NCBI GenBank assembly: GCA_964036045.1
Contig: OZ038379.1
Location: 79,732,001-79,796,000, forward strand
Length of the DNA: 64,000 bases
From: Eutreptiella sp. 'Long Island Sound 2002'
Taxonomy: Eukaryota; Protista; Euglenida
Direction: 5' to 3'
Shown: positions 23,907-35,399 of the stretch, piece by piece
How the letters are laid out: every line of letters begins with the position of its first letter
How positions within the stretch are numbered: position 1 is the first letter of the stretch
The notes under the pieces: generated by a model
What the model was told of the DNA's origin: nothing
Databases searched by the model: none
The model's input: only the letters and a program-made list of their open reading frames with translations
Translations under genes and position numbers: made by a program

Positions 23907-26576
23907 CAAAGAAAGACCGCGGGCGGATCCTACTGAGCCTCAACATGTAACAATTGGAAAGCCAGCAGCAGGACTTTTCACAAGGGCTTTTCCCCGGGGT
24001 TTTGCCCTGTGAAATGATGGCCACCGTGAACTGATCAGCCCCAACACCGAGATCCAGGATGTCGCCGTCACGAGTCGCCAGCCTTACCAACAGCGAAATA
24101 TTGCAAGCCCTGCTCTTAAATGCTACGCACCTCACCAGCCTACTGCTGCACGAAGCCCAGCAAATGAAGCTACATTATCTACACGCAAATTCGCATCTTT
24201 TCCCGCGCATTCCCCTTCAGGCCTTTCCGCGCTACGCTAATGGCACCTGTCAAGATTTGTGTTCACCGTCCCCTTGGCCTGCTTACGGGACGTGGACCGA
24301 CGCCAATCAGAGCACCGCCAGTTACTACCCAGACGATCCTTTTGTAGAGCAGCCCTGTCCAACCTCCCCCTGGACTGCTTACGGGGCGCGAACTGACCGC
24401 ACTCGGAACACCGCTAGTTACTGCCAAGACGATCCCTTAGTAGGGCAGCAATGTCCTTGTGCCGACAGCTGCGCCGAGGCGTACCAGACTCACGCGTACT
24501 ACGATGCCTACTCGCCCGCCGCTGTGCTTGAAAGTCCCGTGTCACCATACGATCCAGAGAACCCTGCCGCGTACGACGTTCCGGGTACGTTCTCCAACAC
24601 AACGGGACAACCTGTGGCGAATGTCAGTCAAACTAATGTCAATTTTCCCCACTCCCCTTACTGTCTGCCTAGCGGTGAAGCCCACGGTCCTCAACATCCT
24701 GAGCCTGAACCCCTATCTACAGTCGCCTACCTGCAGTGCGGCACCTCGCATACCAATAGTCACGCGCTTGGCAGACCAGTTTGCCACCCTGCACAGCTGT
24801 GCACGGCCGCCGGGCTCTTTTATGCTACAGGGGATCACAATCTGCCCTCTTCTGATAGTGGAAAGTTCACCAAGACCGCCCATGTCACCGGCCCCTCGAC
24901 GCCGTAGTAGCCGCGCCTCCCCACGATCTTCTAGTGCATCTAGCACAGATGGCCCGACATGTATCTCGCCCTTCTCTACGACCAACCCGTTCCAAGCGCT
25001 TGCTGACCTCGCAGCACCCTACTTAGATGACCGCCAAGAGTTCCCGGCCGAGACTTCCCAGGCATTCAACTCTGCTCCTCCGGGTTACACCCTTGTACGC
25101 AAGCCGCTTCGCACAGAGGCAGCCGCTCCGGTGCAATTGCCCAAGAAGGGCAACCATGCGCCACGCCCGCGAAGATCTTGACGGGTGGGCACGAGAAAAC
25201 ACCCACGTGGCCACCGCAAAATCAAAGGGACGCCCTTTTGCAGATCACTTGCGGCAGCTGAACCGCGAATTGTCCAACCACAACCAGTCGGCCCTCCTAC
25301 CTACCCGTGGCGCCCCCTTCTGGCCGATGACCTCCCAGAACAGCCGCCTAGCGATCATTCTGTCTCTGCATGCAATCTACCTAGTCTGCAAAGTTCATCC
25401 GACTCCAGCCCCGCCTTGGAAGACACTTCTACACCCGACATTCCACGTGGAAGGTTCTGGGACTACGATAGTACATCAGAGCAAGACGCTCCACTTCATG
25501 TACTGTCTGGGCCGTATAGTACTGCGCTGTCGGCCTCAACGGTAACACAAGACCTGGATTGGCTACATCCGGACCCTCTCGACGCTGAGATTGACTCAAC
25601 ACCGCGGGGCGAGTCTTTGTACCCACAGTGCGGCCGTAATGCTGCTTGACATTGACTCATTGGCCTTTCACGTGTTGACATCCTGTGCCCCCACTGGCAC
25701 GCTCAGCAAGCCTCGCGGGTCAGCTAATCAGTTCCGCTCCCATCTTCCTTTTTTCGGCAGCCGCTAGTGCTGGATGTATCAGTCCCTTTATCTTTTTTTT
25801 TTGCAGATTTCTTGATCTGTTTATGCTGATACTCCTGTCTCTGCTCTGCTTGCGTCTGCCAGTGGGCTCTGCTTGCATCTGCCAGTGGTCTTTCCCCCCA
25901 GGGGTGAAAGCGGGGCTTTTGCAAAACGCAATGCGGAAGCATGGCACTAGTACCCCTTTGGTGCAGAGACTCTCAGCCTACAGCTTGTCCCATTCACCTT
26001 TCTGCTACTTAGTGCTGCTCTGCTGAGATTTCTCAGCTTCTCTGCACATTGATGTGCCTTAAAGTCTTATCCTGCTCTAGTCTGCCGTGCCCCAATCTGC
26101 CTGTGTCCTTTTCCCCTAGGGGTGAAAGCAAGGCTTTTTTGCAAACTGCCGAGTGGGCAGGAAAACCAAACCACCTTTGGTGCAGAGACTCTGTGCCTAC
26201 ATCTATCGGTTTTTGTAAACTCCTTTTATTTTTCCACAGGTCCTCACCCCTTTCACTTCATGGACAGACCACGTGCTACACCACCAACACAACAGACAAC
26301 ACACACCAGCACACTTCTTCACTGAATTCCCACGTACGGAGCAAGTACACACATAACCAACATCACATACACACCAGTGCACACAGCAGACCACACGACA
26401 TCCAGGCGAGTTCACCTTCAGGTCTCCGACCCTCAGTTCTGCTCTGGGGTCCTCAACCCTTTACTTCTTTGACCTGTGCCCATTTCACTGCTACAACTAT
26501 CATCTGTAAATTTCCTGACCACTTCCTTAGGGGGACGTCAGCCCCTGAACAAGTTGATGCGGTTAAGGACATTCAA
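23907..26576. mobile_element. Nested 2670-bp insertion with 16-bp target-site duplication; no transposase or RT visible
   Basis: ATGCCCCTAGGATCCC at 23891-23906 and 26577-26592. Removal rejoins the minus-strand frame PPERQGILG-ACPQHHHH. Confidence 0.88.
24059..24907 (+). CDS. Hypothetical 282-aa protein inside the nested insertion, containing a 32-aa internal duplication
   Basis: Open frame with ATG start. 96-bp tandem repeat at 24265-24456 (SPW.AYG...TASY..DDP.V.Q.CP twice). No domain recognised. Confidence 0.35.
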   Translation: MSPSRVASLTNSEILQALLLNATHLTSLLLHEAQQMKLHYLHANSHLFPRIPLQAFPRYANGTCQDLCSPSPWPAYGTWTDANQSTASYYPDDPFVEQPCPTSPWTAYGARTDRTRNTASYCQDDPLVGQQCPCADSCAEAYQTHAYYDAYSPAAVLESPVSPYDPENPAAYDVPGTFSNTTGQPVANVSQTNVNFPHSPYCLPSGEAHGPQHPEPEPLSTVAYLQCGTSHTNSHALGRPVCHPAQLCTAAGLFYATGDHNLPSSDSGKFTKTAHVTGPSTP

Positions 26577-28045
26577 ATGCCCCTAGGATCCCTTGGCGTT
26601 CCGGTGGGGCTTGGGGGTCGGGCATCGCTTGCAGCCCTTGGGGCTGTACGGCTTCTTGGACAGTGGGGGCGGGTTGGGGGCTGGGCTTGACGGCAACCAA
26701 GGTCGAGAAGTCCCACGTCCCCAAGTCAGTCTGGTCGGCGGTGGTGGTGGTATGTGGGGGGTGGACGGTGGGGCGCTTGGAGATGGGGATGTGGACGAGG
26801 GTGTGGACGGGGTCGTGTTGTGTGGCCGCCTCCGTGGTGGCGGCTCTCGTCTGGGGGGAGGAGGGCTCCGGATGCAGTGGGTGCGGTGTCCTGGCTTGGG
26901 GTTGGGTTAGGGTTTGGGTTAGGGCTGGGCAGCTTCTGCTGCTGTCGCGCCTTTTGTGGTTTTTGGGGGCTGTATGGGGTAGTGTGGGTGGTGTTGCTGA
27001 TGTTGTTGTTGGTGGTGGTGGTTGTGGTGCTGTAGCGGGCGGTGTTGTCGTTATGGTTCCGGTTTTGGTTTGGGGTGGTGTTTTGGGTTGGGGTCCCGTT
27101 TGAGGTTGAGGAGGAACTCGTCCCAGAGGTGTCAGAGGACTTGTGCTAGGTGGGGGGGTTCCCCGTGTGTTGACAGGGTGCCAGGGCTGCCTGTGAGGGG
27201 GTCGGGGAGCCTCCGGCAGCTTGGCATGCGGCTGCAGCTTTGGCTCTGGCCGTGGCCTTCTGGAACAGGTCGGCGGGGAGGGGTGGGTCGGAGGAGGAGG
27301 TGGAGGACGTCGATGAGGATGAGGAGGAGTAGGAAGTGGTGGTTTTCAGGGATCTGCGTTGTGCTGCCATGCGGGGGGATGCGGCTTTGTGGGCCGCGGC
27401 GGCCTGCGCCGGGGCTACTACGGGGAGGACTGAGGGCATCCTCTCGGGCTGGGGGTGGGGGGCGGGTAGCTGGAGGGGGCTGGCCGTGACCTGGCGGCCC
27501 CGCGAGCCGATCCGGTCGGCAGCGCCGGGCTGGGGAGGCGCCTGGATGCGGTCTCCACCGTTTGGGGTCGGCTCGGCTGGGCTGCTGCAATGCCCGAGGG
27601 CGTGCGGTTCGGCGTCCGCGGGGGGGAACAGTTCGCCTGGGCTGCATTCGGGGGCCGGGGGGGGTTGGGCCAGGGGTGACGGGGGCGTGTGTGGGTCACT
27701 TGGCCAGGTGGGTGTGCTGTTGGGCATCAGGCTCTTTGCGGCGGGTGTGTGTGGGTTGCTGGGTGTGGGCGGCGGTGAGGGGTGTTCGGCGGGAGTGTCT
27801 GTGGCGGGCGTTCGTTGGTGATCGGGCGGGTTGGGGAGGCCCGTGTCGCGGGTGCCGGGGCTGCGCGCGATGGTGGGTGTGTGTGGGCCGCTAGGTGAAG
27901 GATGGGGAGGGAGAGGCAGGGCCGTGGGCAGAATGGGGGGTTGTGGGGCTGGGTTCGCGTTTGTTGTGTCGGTGTAAGTGTCCGCTTGCGGCGGCGCGCC
28001 CGTGTGGTCTCTGCCCGCGAGGATTGGAAGAGAAACTTCTTCTGC

Positions 28046-28960
28046 GGCAAGGACTTCACAGATGAGTGGGCGTATTGGGTGCACCTGTTGGTCGGTGGGG
28101 GGAAGAGGGTACTGTAAGGGTGGGCTAAGGTCCATGCAGTGGAGGACCCTGTGGATGGCGTGGTACCCGCAGCGGAGGGAGTGTTTTGGCCTGTGGGCGG
28201 GGTCCTTCCGCGTGTATGGGACCGCCTCGACCTGTGTGTGGGCGGTGGGAATGGCCCACATCCAGGGCACGGTCCCTGTCGATGGCATGCAGCGCATGAT
28301 CCAATCGGACAGGCAGAGCATGGCCAGTCCCAGGTGGTAGCCCGCCCGCCGAGAGGTGATTTGGGCCAGGGTGCGGTCCGGCGCTTGGTCCCCTGACTGG
28401 AGGACGCCCCTGAGGACCTTGTGCGGGGCGGTGGCATCCCCTACTGCCCCTCGTGGGGCGGCCCCTTGGGCGAGCATGGTGTCGGTCCCCTTGATGACCC
28501 ATTGTGGGCCGGCGGACGTTGCTGTGGTGGCCACTACGTAGTATTGCCCGCGCTCGAGGACTGTGCACCAGACCTCCGGCGGGGGGTGGTCGGTGTCTGT
28601 AGGCGGGGGGGGGGGGTCGTCATGGGGGTTGCGGAGGCCGGCAGCGCGGAGCGCGGTGTCGCGGGTTGGTGCGGTGACCTGTTCCCACTGTTCCGGAAGG
28701 TCTGGGTCTGCCGGGTGTTCCTTCTCCGCTGGGGCTCGTCGTAAGCCTGTGGTCCCTCGACGTGTGATGTTTGTGTCGATGTCGTGTGTCTGGGCCTGGC
28801 CCCACTCCATGGGGGGGATCCAGATGTGCTGGCTTTTGGTGTGTCGCCGGTCCCTTCAGAGGAACAGGTCTACGATGGCCTCCTGGAGACCTTTCCCCGG
28901 GGTCCCTAGGTCCCGGAGGGCCTTGACGGTGAGCTTAGTCGAGGTCTCTTGTAGGCGGTA
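28046..28960 (-). pseudogene. Ulp1/SENP-like (peptidase C48) cysteine protease domain
   Basis: KLTVKALRDLGTPGKGLQEAIVDLFL resembles ITRKDIQTL...WLNDEIINFYM. GQYYVV aligns to the HW motif (CAA, one change from CAC). GTDTM resembles YDSM, SLRCGYHA resembles DCGMFA, and TDQQVHPIRPLICEVL resembles the C-terminal helix. One frame runs 29335-27146 with a single TGA at 28856. Confidence 0.68.
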
Positions 28961-29306
28961 CCAGCCCAGGGGAGTGTCTAGGGCCCTGCCTTGGAGGGTT
29001 GCTCGGAGGAGGTCGGGGTTGCTGATGGTGGCCGGTGTAAGGGGGGGATGCCCTGGGTCTGGGGGGGTCTGGCGGGGCGGGCTATTGAGGTCTAGCGCGT
29101 CCACGTCCATGTGTGGGTGTTTTTGAGCGAGCTTAGCTGGCCTGGGCGGTGCCGGGTGGTCCTGTGGGTGAGGGATGGCTGGTCCCTGGGTGTCACCGGT
29201 GGTTGCGGTGGGGGGATCCTGCGGTGGGTGTTCTTCCCAGGTGCTCTGGTGGTGTCTTGGTGGTCTGTGGATGTAGATGGGGGGCGTGTGTGGGGCACGG
29301 AGCAGG

Positions 29307-30600
29307 TTAGTGGACCTCTGGGTCATGCACAGCATGGTAATGGATGAGACGTAGCATGTGTTCCCTGGCGGTGGGGTCGGTGAGTTGCTCCGTGTGTGTC
29401 AACAGGAGGCGCTTGCGGTGTACCAATTGGGCCGCTGCCCTGCGGGCTGCCTCCAGCTGGAGGGGCGCTGCTGACCCCATCGGGTCTACCGCGTGTCTCT
29501 TGAGGTGCCGTTGCACGGCCTGTGACACTGCCCCTCTCATAGTGGCCTCCCTGATCAGGGGATCACTGAAGAGGTGTTCAGTGGCCTGGTGTGCGTGCCT
29601 GTAGGTCGGCCAGCCTTCGTGTTGCTGTAGGGCTTTTGCCGGAGACCAGCCCACTAGTGTGTCCCTGCCTGTATGGAGGGGCAATATCTTGAGGTTTTCC
29701 CAGTCTTCCGGGGTGGTCTGGTCGCATGGGCAGCGCGTGTGTTCTTCCACGACGTGGATGTGTTTGCGGGGGAGCCACCAGGGGACCCCGATGAGGAATG
29801 GCAGTTGCTTCCTGAGGAGCTGGATGCGCCGTTTCCGCAGGTGGGCTGGGACTTTAAGTTTCTCCTCGAGCTCTTGGATGTGCGCTCGGCTGTCCCTGTC
29901 TCCTAGCACGCGGGCGAGATGTTGGATGGGGTTGGGGTAATGGTATGCTCCGTCGTTTGAGGTATAGGGGGCGTCATCCCCTACCCAGTCCGGGGTCCAA
30001 TGGGGTTCCGGCTCGAGGCATATGTGTTCAAGGTGTGTGTGGTTTCGGTCCAGGTCTGACACCTGGAGGGTCGGTAGGTGCGTAGTGCGCTGGTGTACTG
30101 CCTGGTTGTGGATGTTACCATTTCTGTATTGCTGCCCCTTGGTTCACACTGTAAAGTTCGACGTAGGGAGGGAAGCTTCGGAGAGCTTTCCAGAGTAGCA
30201 GTGCTTGGGTGCCGGGGCTCAAGGCGGTGTCTTTGTGGGGTGGCTGTCGTGCTATGCCGGGGAGGTAGGTGTGTGTCGACAGTGGCGTCTACTATGAACC
30301 AGACCCGGACGACGTTCCGGAGGAGGGCGGGTAGGTGGGCCGCAGTTTTGGCGATGGCGTCGGCTATGGACCCCGGTCCCCCGTGGGAGGAGGCCCCGTA
30401 GATGGTGTGGCCCGTGTGGTGGTGCATGTGGTAGTGTTCCTCAGTTCGGGTCAGTTGAAGGTGGCTCCCCCGGTGATGGGTGTGAGGGCGGACTCGCCTG
30501 AGGCGTCCTTGAAGAAGACTAGGTCCGCTGATGATGGATGTGGGAGGCGGCATGGGTTCATGGGCAGGTAGGCGTATATGGCGAGGCCTGTGGTGAGGTG
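29307..30600 (-). pseudogene. RNase H and C-terminal zinc-finger region of LINE 1 ORF2
   Basis: VFFKDASG...GGA, TIYGASSHG, VWFIVDATVD, GSNTEMV; then TRCPCDQTTPEDWENLKILPLH (degenerate CCHC). Stop at 29307. Confidence 0.8.
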
Positions 30601-31889
30601 GGCAACCGGGGTTTGGTGCTGCAGAATGGGGGTGTTGTACACCCGTATTCCCTAGGAGATGATACGTTTTGCGCGGGGGGACATGGCTATGAGTCCTTGT
30701 TCTGGTTGTCCTTGTGTGAGGTAGGAGTAGATGTAGTGGAAGATGTACGCATTGGCCAGGCTCAGGTAGTGGCATGTGAGGGTCTGTGTTAGGTGTTCTG
30801 GTGTGTGGCAGGAGTGAAGGATCGGATAGTAAGGGTGTTCGTGTTTGCCCCTTCTGCCAGGTTCGTGCATGCTGTAACGAATTTCTGCGGGGTCGGGGAG
30901 GGGCCAGGTGGGTGTTGTGGTGAATAGCCATTGGGGTTTGTGGTCCGGGTTCACGCCACTGTGGGGTTCGTATCGGCGCGGTGGAACCACGCAGCGACCC
31001 ATGCGTAGGCCTGTGGTGGTAGGTGGGTTGTGGAGTGGGTGTGGTGGTGTGCTATGAGGTGCAATACGGGCCATCGTGTGGTGGTTGTGTTGGGCTCACA
31101 GCCCCAACATGTGGGCGGCATGCGTTTGGAATCGTGGGGGACCGCCGGTAGGTCTTGGGTGGCCAGGTGGTGTTTTGGTATGCGCAACCTTGCCCCGTGG
31201 TGGATGACGGTCGTCTGCGTGGGTTTTTTTCTCGTTTGAGGCGAGTAGTAGGGTTAGCACTGGGACCGGGCCTGTCACCGGGGGGACGGGTTCATGTTTC
31301 AAGCCTGTGGGTGGGTAGGGCAGTGTCGCGGGGATAGGACAGGCGTGCTGCTTTTTGAAGTCCCGGTAGGCTGTTTTCATGTCTTGGTTTCCCGGCAGAG
31401 TGTGCCCGGTTGCCTGCGACGTCTGTGTGAGGTACTGGTCGACAAGTTGGTATTGATGCTAGTCAGGAAGTTGTAGGAAGGGATTCTGGGGAGCCGCGCT
31501 GCGGTGAAGGACCCGCATTTGGGAGAGAGTGACGTACACCACTGCACGTGATGGAGGCTCCGACGAGATCTATGGTGTCGATGGTGCCTTTGGGGTCGTG
31601 GTGGAGGTCCCCGCAGAGGACCGCTAGGGGTCCTTCGTCTGGGCAGCTGTGGTTGTTGAGTATGGCGTGGTGTGGGGAAGGGGCGAAAGCTGAAGGTGAT
31701 TCCATATGCGGGTGTTGATGTTGGTGTGAGTGCCCGTCCCCCGGAGCATCGAGCGCGGGGATGTGTTGCGGGTCCGTTGTGCGGCTTGGAGGCGGATCGT
31801 GGCGACTTCGCGAATTTCGGAGGATTGGTTGTGGGTCATGCGTTGAAGGAGGAGGGTGGTGTGCCTGGTGTATGCCGCTTTCGCCTCCT

Positions 31890-33150
31890 CCCCTATAGCG
31901 TCTGCATAGTGGGGCCATGCTGCGTGGATGGCCTGTGTGTGTATAGAGGTGGGCCAGCCCCAGTGTGCTGCCCGTGCCTTGGTGACGGCGTGTGTTGCCG
32001 GCTATAGGGCGGTGATGTGTGTGTCAGGTGGAGTGCCTGGAAGCCTTTGGAGGCGTTCAAGACCCCTGTGAGGTAGTTTGCCCGGCTTTGATGGAATAGG
32101 GAGAGGGCCTTGGTGGCCGGGGATGCATATCGGGGGAGATGGGCCATGCGCGATTGCAACTTGGGGGGGAGGGTCGTGTCTTCGGGGTTGCTAGTCTGGA
32201 TCACTCCCAGGTGGGTGGTGGCTTCCACGACGTGCATGGCAGGCCCTTGTGGCCGCAGGGTGGAGGCTGTGGCAGACCCTTTGATCATCGCCACCTACTT
32301 TGTAGGCTGGACGATGGGGTTGTTGCGGGAGAGGTTGGAGATGGTCACGTCCAGCAAGTCTTTGGCCTGTTGGGTGCTTGTTGGTCTGTCGTCCGGCTCG
32401 TGGGGTTGTTGTGGGTTGTGTGCGATTGTGAGGTTGGTGTCGTCCGCGAAGCCCACCAGGGGGGAGAAGAGGGAGTAGGGTGCGTAGGCCGGATAATCCT
32501 GTTCGATTTTCATGGCCAGGGGGAGTGTCACGAGGAGGTACAGGAAGGGCTCCTCCGCTCCTCTCCGGGGGACCTCGCTGCCTGGCTGAAGGAAGGGGTG
32601 AGGACCGCTCCGGTGCGGACTGTGTATTAGCGGTTGCGGATGTAGTCGAAGCTGAAGTTGTAGAAGGGGAGGCCCATGCGTTTCCATACTGCTTCCAAAA
32701 GGAGCCGAGAGGTGTTCAGGAAGGCTCCTTTGACGTCCAGGGAGGCGATGATGAGGTCCACCGGGTCCATGTGGGCGATGGTGTCCTGGAGGAAGATGGC
32801 CTCGTGTGGGGACCGGCACGGGATAGCTCCCCAGAGGCTGGCGGGTATGTGGGCGTCTAGTTGGGGGCGGATGCAGCGCAGGAGGATGGTCCAGACAATC
32901 TTGACCTCCGTGACTGCACAGGCTATGGGCCGCCAGTTGTCCGGGTCGCCCAAGTCCCCTTTTTTGTAGAGGCAGCGGACAACACTTGTCCAGTCTGGTG
33001 GCAGGGGGCTCTGCCCCGTGACGATGTCGGAGAGGCGGTAGGCGAGGATGCGGAGGAGGTGGGCGGGGAGACGGTAGTAGGCCTCCGCAGGGAGGCCGTC
33101 GTAGCTTCGAGTTTTGTGTTGCCGGAGACTGTGGATGACCTTCCAGACTT
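31890..33150 (-). pseudogene. Non-LTR reverse transcriptase of LINE 1
   Basis: DPDNWRPIAC..TEVKI, GAIPCRSPHEAI, SLDVKGAF, GAEEPFLY, VGFADDTNL, QPTK, TTHLGVI. Confidence 0.93.
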
Positions 33151-33789
33151 CGTGGATGGTTAAGGGGCGTTTCTCTAGTTGCCTCCTGTGGGCGTTCTTG
33201 AAGACCTGAGGGAGGCGGTCGATTTTCTTTTGGGTGTTTGTGTCCAGTGTGTCTTACATGGGGGTGTGTTAATGGAGGAAGCTGTCTTGGGTGGCTTGGA
33301 GCACAGTCGCCGGGTCGTTGGTGAGGGAGCCGTCCGCGCGCCTGACCGTGGTGATGATGCGGTGGCCGGTGTCGATCATGGCGTTGTTGAGGTGGCAGAT
33401 GGCTTTGTAGAGGAATTCATGTTGCGCATACCGCTCGTGCTCCTGGGCGATGCGCTGTTGCCGGTGGATATGCTACTGCTGCAGGTCCGCCCTGATGTGG
33501 GCTATCTGCTTTCTGCAGTGGTGTATGTGGCGACAGGTTTGCAGGGTGTCGGTGTGGAGAAGGGCCGCCAGTTGTTGGTTTGCATGCCAGTGGTCACAGA
33601 GCATGTCTCACTGGGCTGTGGGTGGCACGTTGTTCTGAGCGTGGGGGTCTTTCTGGAAGCCGCAGCCAACAGTGGCTGTGCGCATGGCTGTGAGTGGGTC
33701 TGTGGGGTCTGCTTGGTTGCGCCAGGTGCGGTCTATGGCCCTGTGGTACTGGCACCAGGCCTCTTTGTCTTGTAGTGGGAGCATTTTCA

Positions 33790-34520
33790 GAGGGGTTGGT
33801 AAGCCTTCGTCCGCATCATCTGGGGGGCTCGGGGGAAGGTGGGGGATGCGGAGGCGGATATGCAGGGGCCTATGGCCTGTGAGTCCCAGTGGGAGGGCGC
33901 CTTATCTGGCCTCCGCCTGGATGATGGTGGTGGGTTTGCCATAGCATACGTCGACGTGGGAGGCAACGGCCTCCGTTTGGTGAGGGAAGTGGGATGGTTG
34001 GCCTTCGAGGTTGGCCGTAAGGTCCATGAGCCCAAGCATCTCGATCCTGCCGCAGACTGCATGGTCGTGGAGTGTGGCCTGTCCTCCTCGGTCCACTGGG
34101 GTGGGAACGGCATTCATTGCGCCGATGATGATGGTGGGGGCGAGCATGGCCATCTGGTCTTAGGTTTCTGCCAGGGCTTGCGGGAATGGTTCGGTCGCGC
34201 CGCCAAAGGGGATGTTGGTGTTGATGACGTCAAGCTGCCATCTGTCCCAGACGACCTCGTAAACGCCCAGTCTCCTTGGGATGCTGAGGTGGTGGATGAG
34301 GTGGACGTGGATGCCGGCTGGGGCGTAGAGGGGGTCCTGTCGTGCCAGTAGCATTTGTATGCTTTCTGGTGTGGGGTATATATGGGGGCTGGCTCTGGAG
34401 GGTTGTCGCGTTGAAGGCTTTGCTTCTGCAAGGTGAGAAGGTGGGGAACCAGTCCGTTCCCTGTGCCATCGGGAGCTCCTGGAGGGCGGCAGTGGCATCC
34501 TTGGAATATGTGATAGCCGG
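33790..34520 (-). pseudogene. Apurinic-type (APE) endonuclease of LINE 1
   Basis: HLLTLQK, GIHVHLIHH, WQLDVINTNIPFG, PTIIIGAMNA (IIGDxN), SHFPHQ...SHVDVCY. Frameshifted. Confidence 0.8.
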
Positions 34521-35399
34521 GTGGTTGAGGTCGAGGAGGTTGACGGTAGCCTCGGTGGGCGCGAGCTGGGGCTGTGGAGGCCGTCGTTCCCGGCCCTTGC
34601 CCCGTCAGGGAGAAGGATTGGGGCCTGGGGACGTTTTGCCTGGTCGTGGGGGCTTGGGTGGGCGTGGCGGGGGGAGGCCTTGGCTCGACTCCAGGGGGAG
34701 TTCTCTGGTGTAACTGGTGCCCCTGTGGGCCTTGTTCTTGGGGGTGAGGCGCCACATGGGATGGGCGTTGGTGAGCTTCATGGTGTGGCCTCCTGGCTTG
34801 TCTGGGGCGCTTCTGCCCTGGTCTTACTCCTTCTGGCGGTGCCATGTCACCCAGATTTGGATCCCACAATTTGGGCACGGGTGCTGGAGGCAGTACTGGA
34901 TTGTGCCCTCACACCAGATCCAGTCGCCCGTGTTGTCGGTGCGGAAAGAATGTTGGACTTACGTGCCTTTTTGGAACTGTGGTTATGTTTTTGGCTTGGA
35001 CGGTGCGTGTGGCGGAAGGGAGGATGATGAGGATGGTTGGTCCAGGCGGGGGGGGGGTCCAGCGGGGCGGACGCCGGGTTGCTCGGGAGGGTCAGGGTGA
35101 GTGGGGGGGGTTGGGAGGCTGCTGGTCTGCCGTCTATTCTGGCCTGTTAGGGGCTAGGGCCGGGTGCCCTTCTTCCTTTTCGCGCTCGCTTTGGCGGGAC
35201 TGGAGGCGGTGGGACCAGGGGCACGTGGGGTTGGAAGAAGGGGTGTGTAGCCTGCTGGCTGGGCTCTGGGGGCGCTTGCATAGTTGCCTTCGCGCAGTTG
35301 CGCGTGATGTCGGCTAGCCTCCGTATGGTATCCGGGGGGGTCTGTAGGCCATGGCAGTGCCGGTGGGCTGTCGTCGAAAGGGTGGTGTAGGTGGTAGTT

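Noticed and set aside
20514-23950. Many long Gly/Val/Trp-rich plus-strand ORFs
   Set aside because: They are antisense shadows of C/A-rich LINE-sense sequence.
26900-26930. TTAGGG-like repeats (GGGTTGGGTTAGGGTTTGGGTTAGGG)
   Set aside because: Only two exact units inside low-complexity sequence; too short to call an interstitial telomere.
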